Shown here in pieces: positions 36,906 through 48,605 of a stretch of 64,000 nt of DNA (positions are counted from its first letter, which is position 1; each line of letters opens with the position of its first letter). The notes below the pieces were generated by a model that did not search any database, had not been told where the DNA came from, and saw only the letters and a list, made by a program, of their open reading frames with translations. The stretch comes from Squalus acanthias (Eukaryota): contig CM059438.1 in the NCBI GenBank assembly GCA_030390025.1, positions 62,250,001 to 62,314,000 of the forward strand, given 5' to 3'. The position numbers and the translations under genes were made by a program.

Positions 36906-37429
36906 CAACAGTGACTACATTTCAAATGTACTTTGTTGGCTGTGAAGTGTTTTGGGTCGTACTGAGGTCGAGAAAGGAGCTATATAAATGCACGTTTTTT
37001 TCTTTCAAGTTATGCTGGAGATGATGTGTAATGCTGGAAAGTTGAGGAAGGACAGAATCAGGAGGGCTCTTCAGCTTTTGATGGTCCAGTAGCCTTCTGA
37101 CGCTAACTGTCAGGTGAGGTAAGGGTATCAAGAGATATGGAGCAACTGGCAGGTAAATGGAACTGAGGTGCAGATCAGTCATAATTGAATGGCGGAGCAG
37201 GCTTGAGGAGTTGAATGGCCTGCTCCTGTTCCTATGTCTAGCCTCACACATGAATAAATGAGAGCAGTTGGCCGAGGTACTGTCAGCACCTCTGGGAACC
37301 AAAGAGGAGTTGGTACCTTCAGGGGAGGAGTTGAGAAAGAAAAATAATGGCCAGGGGAAACCATGACCAATCATTTGCATTGTCCCTGCATGGCCTCCTC
37401 CTGTGCTGTGGCACTCTCTGACTCTCCGA

Positions 37430-39102
37430 CATACAGTTCTGGATGAGCAGAAATTTTCTCCAATTAAATATTGGGAAGACCGAAACCATTGCTTTTGGTC
37501 CCGCCACAAACTCCGTTCCCTAGCCACTGACTCCATCCCTCTCCCTAACATCTGTTTGAGGCTGAACCAGACTGTTTGCAACCTTGGTGTCATATTTGAC
37601 CCTGAAATGAGCTTCCGACCACATATCTGCAGCATAACAAAGACCGCCTATTTCCACCTCCGTAACATCGCCCGTCTCCGCCCTTGCCTCAGCTCATCCG
37701 CTGCTGAAACCCTCATTCATGCCTTTGTTACCTCTAGACTTGACTATTCCAACGCACTCCTAGCTGGCCTCCCACATTCTACCCGACATAAACTTGAGGT
37801 CATCCAAAACTCGGCTGTCCGTGTACTAACTCGCACCAAGTCCCGTTCACCCATCACCCCTGTGCTCGCTGACCTACATTGGCTCCCAGTTAAGCAACGC
37901 CTCAATTTCAAAATTCTCATCCTTGTTTTGAAATCCCTCCACGGCCTCGCCCCTCCCTATCTCTGTAATCTCATCGAGCCACACAGCCCCCCCCCCCCCA
38001 CACCGAGATATCTGCGCTCCACTAATTCTGCCCTCTTGAGCATCCCTGATTATAAACACTCCACCATTGGTGGCCGTGCCTTCTGTTGCCTAGGCCCTAA
38101 GCTCTGGAATTCTCTCTCTAAACCTCTCCGCCTCACTACCTCTCGTCCCTCCTTTAGTAGCAGTGTCAGCTGTGGCTCAGTTGGTAGCATACTCACCTCT
38201 GACAGAAGGTTGTGGGTTCAATTCCCACTCCAGAGACTTGTGCACATTAAGCTAGGCTGACACTCCAGTGCTGTACTGTTGGAGGTGCCGTCCTTCAGAT
38301 GAGATATTAAACTGAGGCCCTGTCTGCTCTCTCAGGTGGATGTAAAAGATCCCATGGCACTATTTTGAAGAAGAGCAGGGGAGTTATCCCCGGTGTCCTG
38401 GCCAATATTTATCCCTCAACCAACATAACAAAAACAGATTATCTGGTCGTTATCACATTGCTGTTTGTGGGAGCTTGCTGTGCGCAAATTGGCTGTCGCG
38501 TTTCCCACATCACAACAGTGACTTCCGCTCAAAAAGTACTTCATTGGCTGTAAAGCACTTTGAGATGTCCGGTGGTTGTGAAAGGCGCTATATAAATACT
38601 AGTCTTTCTTTCTTTAAGACGCTCCTTAAAACCTACCTCTTTGACCAAGCTTTTGGTCACCTGTCCTAATTTCTCTTTAATACATAGATACATAGAAGAT
38701 AGGAGCAGGAGTAGGCCATTCGGCCCCTCGAGCCTGCTCCACCATTCGATGAGATCATGGCTGATCATCCAAACTCAGTACCCTGTACCTGCCTTCTCCC
38801 CATATCCCTTGATACCTTTAGCTTTTAGAAATATATCCAACTCATTCTTTAATATATTTAATGACTTGGCCTCAACTACCTTCTGTGGTAGAGAATTCCA
38901 CAGGTTCACCACTCTCTGGGTGAAGAAATTCCCCCTCATTTCTGTCCTAAATGGCTTACCCTTTATCCTTAGATTATGACCCCTGGTTCTGGACTCTCCA
39001 ACCATCGGTGTCAAATTTTTTGTCTGATGATGCCTCTGTGGAGCATCTTGGGACGTTTTACTACCTTAAAGGCGCTATATAAATACAAGTTGTTGTTGTT
39101 GA
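37430..39102 (+). mobile_element. L2 3' end carrying a nested DeuSINE (~38163-38612, +) and a CR1 tail (~38680-39007, -)
   Basis: ORF 37403-38260 is the L2 ORF2 C-terminus (IHAFVTSRLDYSNALL); L2 resumes after each insert and ends in (TTG)n. Confidence 0.88.
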
Positions 39103-39129
39103 TGGCCCAGTGCCTTCAGCAGCCCTGCC

Positions 39130-39560
39130 TGTCAATGACGCACTGACGCACAACGCGGGCTGACGCAGGCGGTGTACCTGGCGCGTCAAGGACGTGAAGC
39201 GTCCGCCCTGGTTGCGTAGCGACGCGGCGGCTTGTCTCCCTCCCTGTGTCGGGCCCCATGGCGCTGCAGGGTTGATGGTTGTGTCGGGCTCGGCAGCGAC
39301 GCTCTCCCGCACCTGCGATGCGGCCGCGCTGAAGATGGGTGTCCCGCGGAGCCCCGGAGTCTGGCCGGTGCTGCTCGGCGCCCTGGCGCTGCTCCTCAGC
39401 CCGGCAGGTGAGTGTCAGGGACTGGGGGCTGTGCCCGACGCGCGATGCGGGGAAGCGGCTCGGTCCGATCCAGGCCCGGTACTGTGACAGGTTCAGTCCC
39501 GGGCGCGCCGCGGTTTGTAAAACACCGCCAGCTGGGCGCTGGGGTTCAAAGAGCAGCCTG
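39130..39560 (+). promoter_or_regulatory. CpG island promoter with CRE half-site cluster
   Basis: Non-repeat GC/CpG-rich stretch in otherwise CpG-poor DNA; TGACGCA at 39136, 39144 and 39161, CGTCA at 39184. Confidence 0.72.
39335..39407 (+). CDS. First coding exon (signal peptide) of an unidentified secreted or membrane protein gene
   Basis: AAGATGG Kozak context; MGVPRSPGVWPVLLGALALLLSPA+G has a hydrophobic core; strong phase-1 donor CAG|GTGAGT at 39408; lies in a CpG island. An in-frame upstream ATG is at 39275. No second exon recognised in the window. Confidence 0.75.
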
Positions 39561-40340
39561 AAAGGTCAAGAGTGGACTGACCGTCCCAAGACACAGCCAA
39601 GGAAGAAATGACCATTCAGTGCTGTGTGTTGATGCAATGTCTTAGTGCTGGGAAATTTAAGAATGATTTCTAAAGAGGCAGCATTAAAGGTCAGAACAAA
39701 CTCGACTCAGACACCGCAACAGAACAAATTAAAATTTAATGCATCTTGTACATTAATGCAATGGTTTGCTGGTGGGGAATGTTAACACTATAATTTATAA
39801 ATGTGTTTTTGCAGGAGCTTAGACTAGAGCATAAAGGTCAGAGCTACCTTGAAACAAACTCCTTCAGAACAAATTACCATTTAATACATTAATGCGATTT
39901 TTTTTGTCCCGTGGAGAACCTTAAGATTAATTAGAAATGTGTATTTCCACGGTTTAAAAGACGATCATTAAAGATCAGACGAACTCAAACCAAACACAGC
40001 AACAACGGAACATGTTTAATGTATCCACTGTAAATAATGTATTTGTTGGGACTATTAGGAACAGTTTATAAATGTGTGCTTACTGGGGTTAATATAGCTG
40101 CATTAAAGGTCAGAATAGTCTGTTCACTAACTGGAGCCCCACTCAGATCATACACATCAACTCCAAATAAGGTACTGCTTAATAATGTGCAACAAAAACA
40201 GCAACACAACACGTCTATTAGCATGCATAAAAAGAAAAGACTGGTTAATGCTTCAGGTGTAGACCCTTCTGATTTTACTATGAAATGTAATTTTAGTTTT
40301 TGGTGTGGGATATTGGGAACAATTTATTAACGTGCCTTTG
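39550..40340 (+). repeat. Degenerate ~135-bp tandem array (about 5 units) in intron 1
   Basis: Anchor AAAG(G/A)TCA at 39561, 39686, 39833, 39970 and 40105, with shared downstream blocks (AACAAATT..TTTAAT, TTTATAAATGTG). Confidence 0.6.
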
Positions 40341-43269
40341 CATATTTATGGTAATGAAAATAGATTTTTTTTATTGGGAGGGGAGTGTTGGTATCATTTG
40401 CAAGTAGGTTAAGAAATATACATGCTATAATATGTTGTAGACTAGAGAAAACGTATTCGGAATAAATGGATTGTGCACATATATGGTTTATTAGCTGAGT
40501 TGGTGAAAACTTGTTTACAAGTTTGTGTTTTGAATTTGTGGTTCTCGGTGTGTATTTTAAATATGTAACTTGTCAGTGAGTGCAGATTCTATGCGTCCAC
40601 ATTGTATTGGATTTTATTATTTAGCAGATCTTTTGTTTAAGTTTTTATGTTATTCCTTATTTACATAAACAATTATAGTGGGGGCGGGGGGAAGGGCTTG
40701 TATTGTGTGTAACTATTAATGATAGCACTATAGTGCATTAGGTTGAGACCACTCCTATAAAACTGTTGGAATATAGATGTTGACTTATTGAGATACTGTA
40801 TTTGGGAAAATTTGACGAAGATGAGAATGTTATTTATTTAAATTTATCCAATTTAACAGTGGCATTGGCTAAAAGTTCGGTTTTAAATGAATTATTTTCA
40901 GAAAAAGTGTTTTATTTATTGTGAATGAGATGTATTTTCATTGTAACAATAGATATTTTAGAAACATCAGTTTGATGTTCAGCTGTTTTGATCGGATGGA
41001 GGAAACTTTAGTTGTCGCACATCTTCTGAGGTGTTCATCAGGTTTGTGGGGACAATCGTTGTTTACCACCAAGAAAATGACACGACAAGAAAGAGTACGA
41101 AAAAGCAAATTATAATGTAAATGATAAAGTTTAGTTTAGATTTTGTCAGGAACAGAATAATAACAGCAATTACCATGTGCAACGACAGTTAATATATTTC
41201 ACAAAAAAACAGTTGCTATCTGGGTTTTCCTTTTCTAGTGGGTGGTATGGAACCCAATTTTTAAAAAACACGCAAATATAAGCGGAAGAGCACAATTAGT
41301 TACTGTTAATTCTAATTTCGTAGTAACGGTACTTTTCTGGTGATCGATAATGATTTATGAACAGCTGTGGACTAATTACACTTGCAGATGCTGATATTCT
41401 GAGAATATTTCTATTGCTAAAAAAGCTACGCCATCAGGGCTCCTTTTCAGAAATACATTAGACAGAATTTTTTTCATTAATGTCCTTCTGTTTGTTTTGT
41501 GTGTTGTGCGCTTATGGAATACCATGTTGTGCTGATGGACCAAATTGCAGGAACTGATTCAGGAGTTACTGAGACCAGCAATCTGAGGAAGGAGCTGAAT
41601 TAATAATGTATTGCTTTACTGTGATTTACCCAGGGCATTTCAGCTTCAAGTCTGCCGCCAGCCTTGGTAACTCCTTCAAATTCTTGAAAATGTTAGTGCA
41701 CAATGTTTAAACAAAAAATATTTAGGGCGTGGCGGGTCGGGAAAGACCACAATAAATAAAAGGATGTTGGCGTTAAGGGTGGGACGGTGATATGTTGTGG
41801 TGCTCCAGGGTGTTGCCTATTTTGGTGATGGTTTCGTGCTCATTAAGGTGAGAGACGACGTCAGTGCTAGGGAGCGGAACGCTTTTCCACTTTGTCACCT
41901 AGTGTCACCACCATACACTTGTACGATTGCAGAGCCAGCTGCAATATAAAGAGGGACTTGCATTTACATGCTGTCTTATCGCATGTCTCGGAAAGGTCCC
42001 AGAACGCTCCGCAATGGATGAGCTTCTTGTTTGAATAGTGACATGGGGGTTTCAATGTCTCGTTTGAAGAATGGGACCTCTCGCTACGCACTGAAGCGTC
42101 GGCCTTGATTCTGTGCTCCAGTTCTGGAGTGGATTTTGAACCCCCAGCCTTCTAATTCAGAGGCAAGGGTACTACCAACTGAGCCAAGCTGGCACTCCAC
42201 AACTTTTTCCATACTGTGCCAACAATGTGACTTAAACCTCTCCCCAAAAGACCACCCAGCTAGGCACCAGCGTTGTATTTCTATCCTGAAGATACTGGGT
42301 ACTTCACAAATAAAGTCAGTGCTTTTCTAGTTAACCCGAGTGGCCATTTGTCATGTGCGACTTTGGAATGAGGGTCAGTATTTTGTTCTGGACAGTGACC
42401 ATCGGAAGTTTGTTTTGCCATATGGTTAGGCAAAGTTGAGCTCAATCCTGCCCACCCCTGACATACAGATATCGAACTTTCCAGCAAGGGTGACTGGCTA
42501 GCAACTGGAAACCACAAATCTGCTGGGTTCCTTCCTTCCTTCTCCTTTCCCACTTTCGTTCCCACAGTCTAATTATAGTGCCCCACAGTTGTATTTTCTG
42601 AGATCAGTTATCTCAGCACAGACCAGGGATCGAGATGAAAACTTCTATGCAGTGTTGATTTTGAAAATATGTTTTCTGTTGCATTTTTGGCTTGTTAGAA
42701 CCATGGTGGTTCTCCTGTCAATCACACTGATGTCAGTCATGTGCTGAGATCCTAGTGTTGCAGATTTATTCACTTGCTATCTGTTGATTTTTTCAAGGCT
42801 AAGTTACCCATTGTTAATGCTCTTGGATGACTGCCAGGAAGCGTCTGAAAGTAGCTTGGGGAAGATTCCCTCCCATCCATTTTTTTAACGTGCCTGGCAT
42901 CAGCTCAGTACTTCCCCAGAGAGTGATGGATGAGCTGAGAAAGCTGTTCGACCACAGCTTCGTAGTATTGCCTTTTCAGCTACTGCTGCATTACTGGAGA
43001 AAACTTGCCACTGTAAATGAGGATAACTGGACTTTGGATTGTAATAACAACAGAAAACGCTGGAAAAACTCAGCAGGCCAGGCAACATCGTGGAGAGAGA
43101 AACAGTTGGATTGTAATGTCTGCTTGCTTGCTTTGATAAACACAGATCTTTTTAAAGAAACTATTAATAGGTTTATTGAACTCCACATCATATCATAATT
43201 AATGAGTAGAAAGATATTTTAAACTTTTACTACCTTTTTCAATGATGCTGAAAATAAACTTCGGAATAG

Positions 43270-43690
43270 CTGGGGTATTGTGTCTAATTCTGTGCACCAC
43301 ACTTTAGGAAGGACATGAAGGCTTTGGAGAGGGTACAGAAGAGATTTACTGGATTGGTTCTAGGGATGAGGGATTACAGTTATGTAGATAGTCTGGAGAA
43401 GCTGGGGTTGTTCTCCTTTAGAGTAGAGAAGGCTAAGAGGAGATTTGATAGAGGTGTTTAAAATCATGAAGGATTCAGATAGAGTAAATAAAGCAAAACT
43501 GTTTCCAATGGCTCAAGGGTCGATAACAAGACGGCACAGATTTAAAGTGATTGCCAAAAGAACCATAAGCAACATGAGGGGAAACTTTTTTACGCAGCAA
43601 GTGGTTAGTATTTGTGGAATGCACTGCCTGATAGGGTGGTGGATACAGATTCAATAGCAGCCTTCAAAAGGGAATTGGATGAACGCTTGA
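43270..43690 (+). mobile_element. Decayed CR1 3' fragment
   Basis: IEVFKIMK...NFFTQQVV. Confidence 0.8.
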
Positions 43691-45436
43691 ATTTGGCCGT
43701 CAATTTGGCCAACTGGGGGTTGGGAAAATGAAGAAAAAAATTATACTGAAGTCCTGGTGTTAAATTTGGTAGGACCTCCGTGTTCCCGGCCTCGACCCGT
43801 TCCCCTGGTTGTTTTCGCCTTCCCCCGCATTCTTCCCATAAATATTGTGGCCTTTGTATTGACAAACCACCTGCTCTGACCCCCACCCCTCCCCGCCATC
43901 TTCTTTATCTTCACCATCTTCGCCTCCAATGCCAACTCAAGGAATTTATGAGCTTTTTCATCTCAGATTATCTGTTGAGCCACTGCTGCTTCCTTCTCCT
44001 ATTTCCCTCCACTTTCTCAGACATTATGCAACTTACTTCATTCCTACATCCCAGCCAATGCTATTTGGTCCTCCAACCCTAACCCTAACCCAACTTGGGC
44101 CTTTTGTGCATGTTCCCCTCCCTCTGCTCCACCTTCAGTGCAAGAACCTTCTGCTCTTGTGGCCCTGCTCTACGCAACTCCCTCCATAAACCTCTTCTAT
44201 TTGCTTCCTTTCCTTCCATTTTTCAAAGACTCCTCTGTTTAAAAGATTATGTTTTTGTCATCGGCCCTAACTCTTCTCCCTACTGTTTGGTGTCTGGGAG
44301 TGATTCCAAGCAGTGATCTTGTCTTCAGGTTCAGATGAAGGTTATCAACCACTCTGTCATAATTGTATCTCTCAGTTAGATTATAGCCTAGAACCCATTC
44401 TTGGGTATTAATTATTGTTCCATATATAAACCATCTGATCAATTATCCTCCCTCCCCCTCTCTATTAAATGACAGGTTTGTAATTGCTCCCAGGAATCCT
44501 TTGTCCTCTGTACATTGCCAGCAGCAGTGTCGCTGTTTTTGGTTTCTACTAATACTGCATTAAATGTACTTTTATGACAGTTGTATATTTGCCCATCAAT
44601 ATCTGTTTGCATATTATTTGCTGGGATACAGCATGCTTGCATTGTCTTAATGTTTAAATGTCATCTGTAAATTGTTCAGTAATGCAGAAAAACTGTTTAC
44701 AGTTTAACTCTGCTCAATGTGCAGTCACAGCACAAAGCTCCTGCATTATACGCCATTTCAGGACATTGCATATCCATTGAGTGAATACACTCTGCTTCTT
44801 ACAAAGTGATTAATTCTGGATCTGTTTTCTGATGTGTGTGGACATTGAGATGGAAGAGCATTTGGTATACAGAAAACCCTGAATTCAGCACTACTACCAC
44901 TGGGAATTGGAGGTGGATGGGCAGGCAGATCCGAATAGGCCAGTCAGCCTAACCTCGGTGGTGGGAAAATTATTGGAAAGAATTCTGAAGGACAGGATAA
45001 ATCTTCATTTAGAAAGACACTGATTAATCAAGGATAGTCAGCATGGATTTGTTAAGGGAAGGTCGTGTCTGACTAACTTGATTGAATTTTTTGAGGAGGT
45101 AACAAGGAGGGTAGATGAGGGTAGTGCATTTGATGTAGTGTATATGGACTTCAGCAAGGCTTTTGATAAGGTTCCACATGGCAGACTGGTCACGAAGTTA
45201 AAAGCCCATGGGATCCAGGGCAAAGTGTCAAGTTGGATTCAAAACTGGCTCGGAGACAGGAAGCAGAGGGTAATGGTTGATGGGTGTTTTTGTGACTGGA
45301 AGGCTGTTTCCAGTGGGGTTCCGCAGAGCTCAGTACTAGGTCCCTTGCTTTTTGTGGTATATATCAACGATCTTGACTTGACTTGAATATAGGGGGTATG
45401 ATTAAGAAGTTTGCAGATGATACTAAAATCGGCTGT

Positions 45437-48315
45437 CATAGAGTCATAGAGTTATACAGCACAGAAAGAGGCCCTTCGGCCCATCGTGTCCGCGCCGGCC
45501 ATCAAGCCCTGTCTATTTTAATCCCATTTTCCAGCACTTGGTCCGTAGCCTTGTATGCTATGGCGTTTCAAGTGCTCATCTAAATGCTTCTTGAATGTTG
45601 TGAGGGTTCCTGCCTCTACCACCCTTTCAGGCAGTGAGTTCCAGATTCCAACCACCCTCTGGGTGAAAAAGTTTTTCCTCAAATCTCCTCTAAACCTCCT
45701 GCCCCTTACCTTGAAACTATGCCCCCTGGTTATTGACCCCTCTACTAAGGGGAAAAGTTCCTTTCTATCTACCCTATCTATGCCCCTCATAATTTTGTAC
45801 ACCTCAATCAGGTCCCCCCTCAGCCTTCTCTGCTCTAAGGAAAACAACCCCAGCCTGTCCAGTCTCTCTTCATAGCTGAAGCGCTCCAGCCCAGGTAACA
45901 TCCTGGTGAATCTCCTCTGCACCCTCTCCAATGCAATCACATCCTTCCTATAGTGTGGCGACCAGAACTGCACACAGTATTCCAGCTGTGGCCTAACTAG
46001 CGTTTTGTACAGCTCCATCATAACCTCCCTGCTCTTATATTCTATGCCTCGGCTAATGAAGGCAAGTATCCCATATGCCTTTTTAACCACCTTATCTACC
46101 TGTCCTGCTGCCTTCAGGGATCTATGTACATGCACAGCAAGGTCCCTCTGATCCTCTGTCCTTCCTAGGGTCCTACCATTCATTGTGTATTCCCTTGCCT
46201 TGTTAGTCCTCCCAAAATGCATCACCTCACACTTTTCAGGATTAAATTCCATTTGCCACTGTTCTGCCCATCTGACCAACCCGTCTATATCGTCCTGTAG
46301 CCTGAGGCTTTCCTCCTCGCTATTTACCACCCCAGCAATTTTTGTGTCATCTGCAAACTTACTGATCATACCTCCTACATTCATATCTAAATCATTAATG
46401 TACACTACAAACAGCAAAGGACCCAGCACCGATCCCTGCGGTACACCACTGGACACAGGCTTCCAGTCACAAAAACAACCTTCGACCATCACCCTCTGCC
46501 TCCTGCCACTAAGCCAATTTTGGATCCAATGTGCCAAGTTGCCCTGGATCCCATGGGCTTTTACCTTCTTGACCAGTCTCCCATGCAGGACTTTGTCAAA
46601 AGCCTTACTGAAGTTCATGTAGACCACATCAACTGCACTACCCTCATCCACACACCTAGTCACCCCCTCGAAAAATTCAATCAAATTGGTTAGACATGAT
46701 CTCCCCCTGACAAAGCCATGCTGACTATCCTTGATTAATCCTTGCCTCTCCAAGTGGAGACTAATTCTGTCCCTCAGAATTTTTTCCAATAATTTCCCTA
46801 CCACTGATGTTAGGCTCACTGGCCTGTAATTCCCTGGTTTATCCCTACTACCCTTCTTGAATAATGGTACTACGTTAGCTGTCCTCCAGTCCTCTGGCAC
46901 CTCTGTGGCCAGAGAGGTTCTGAAAATTTGTGTCAGAGCCCCTGCAATCTCCTCCCTTGCCTCACACAGCAGCCTGGCATACAACTCGTCTGGGCCTGGG
47001 GATTTATCCACTTTTAAGCCTGCAAAAACCACTAGTACCTCCTCCCTCTCAATACTAATTTGTTCAAGTATATCACAATCCCCCTGCCTGATTTCTATGC
47101 CTACATCGTCCTTCTCCATCGTGAACACAGATGCAAAATATTCATTTAAAACCCCACCTGCATTTTCTGGCTCTGCACACAGATTGCCACTTTGGTCCCT
47201 AATGGGCCCTACTCTTTCCCTGGTTATCCTCTTGCCCTTAATATACTTATAAAACACCTTGGGATTTTCCTTTATTTTGCCCGCCAGTGTTATTTCATGC
47301 CCCCTCTTCGCTCTCCTAATTTCTTTTTTAAGTAGCCCCCTGCACTTTCTATACTCCTCTAGGGCTTCCACTGTTTTTAGTCCTTTGTATCTGCCAAAAG
47401 CCTCCCTTTTTTTCCTAATCCATTCTCGTATATCCCTTGACATCCAGGGTTCCCTGGGCTTGTTGGTCCCACCCTTGACCTTTACGGGAACATGTTGGCG
47501 TTGTACTCTCTCTATTTGCTTTCTGAAAGACTCCCACTGCTCTGATGTGGATTTTCCTACAAGTAGCTGATCCCAGTCCACTTTGGCCAGATCCTGCCTT
47601 ATCATATTAAAATCGGCCTTCCCCCAATTTAGAACCTTTATCTCCGGTCCATCTTTGTCCATTTCCATGACTACCTTAAATCTCACCGAATTATGGTCAC
47701 TGTCACCAAAATGCTCTCCTACTGACACTTCGACCACTTGCCCGGCTACATTCCCTAGAATTAGGTCCAGTACCGCCCCCTCTCTTGTAGGACTTTCTAC
47801 ATGCTGGCTCAAAAAGCTCTCCTGGATGCACTTTAAGAATTCCGCACCCTCTAAGCCTTTCACACTCTGACTATCCCAGTTAATATTGGGGAAGTTGAAA
47901 TCCCCTACTATTATTACCCTATTATTTCTACACTTCTCTGAGATTTGCCTACATATCTGTTCCTCTATCTCCCCCTGACTGTTTGGGGGCCTATAGTACA
48001 CTCCCAGCAAAGTGCTTGCCCCCTTTTTCTTTTTAAGTTCTACCCATATGGCCTCATTAGAGGAACCTGCTAAGATATCATCCCTCCTTACAGCAGTAAT
48101 TGACTACTTGATTAATATTGCGACACCCCCTCCTCTTTTACACCCACCTCTGTCTCGCCTGAAGATTCTATACCCCGGAATATTGAGCTGCCAGTCCTGC
48201 CCCTCCCTCAACCATGTCTCTGTGATAGCAACAATATCATACTCCCATGTGTTCATCAACACCTTCAATTCATCTGCCTTACTCGCAAGACTCCTTGCAT
48301 TAAAATAAATGGCAA
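45437..48315 (-). mobile_element. Young CR1 with nearly complete ORF2 (830-aa open stretch, one upstream nonsense codon)
   Basis: TSD GGCTGT at 45431-45436 and 48316-48321; APE and RT motifs intact (GDFN, SDH, KFADD); the frame extends to ~48308 except for one TAG near 48104. Confidence 0.93.
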
Positions 48316-48605
48316 GGCTGTGTGGTTGATACTGAAGAAGGAAGCTGTAGACTGCAAGAAGATATCAATAAATTGGCCAAGTGGGCAGAACAGTGGCAAA
48401 TGGAATTCAATCCGGAGAAGTGTGAGGTAATGCATTTGGGGAGGGCTAACAAGGAAAGGGAATACACATTAAATGGTAGGACACTGAGTAGTGTAGAGGA
48501 ACAAAGGGACCTTGGAGTGCATGTCCACAGATCCCTGAAGGTAGCAAGCCAAGTAGATAAGGTGGTTAAGAAGGCATACGGAATGCTTGCCTTTATTAGC
48601 CGCGG

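Noticed and set aside
39076..39086. TATATAAA upstream of the CpG island as a TATA box
   Set aside because: It is the standard L2/DeuSINE tail word present in many copies, and it lies upstream of the CRE cluster.
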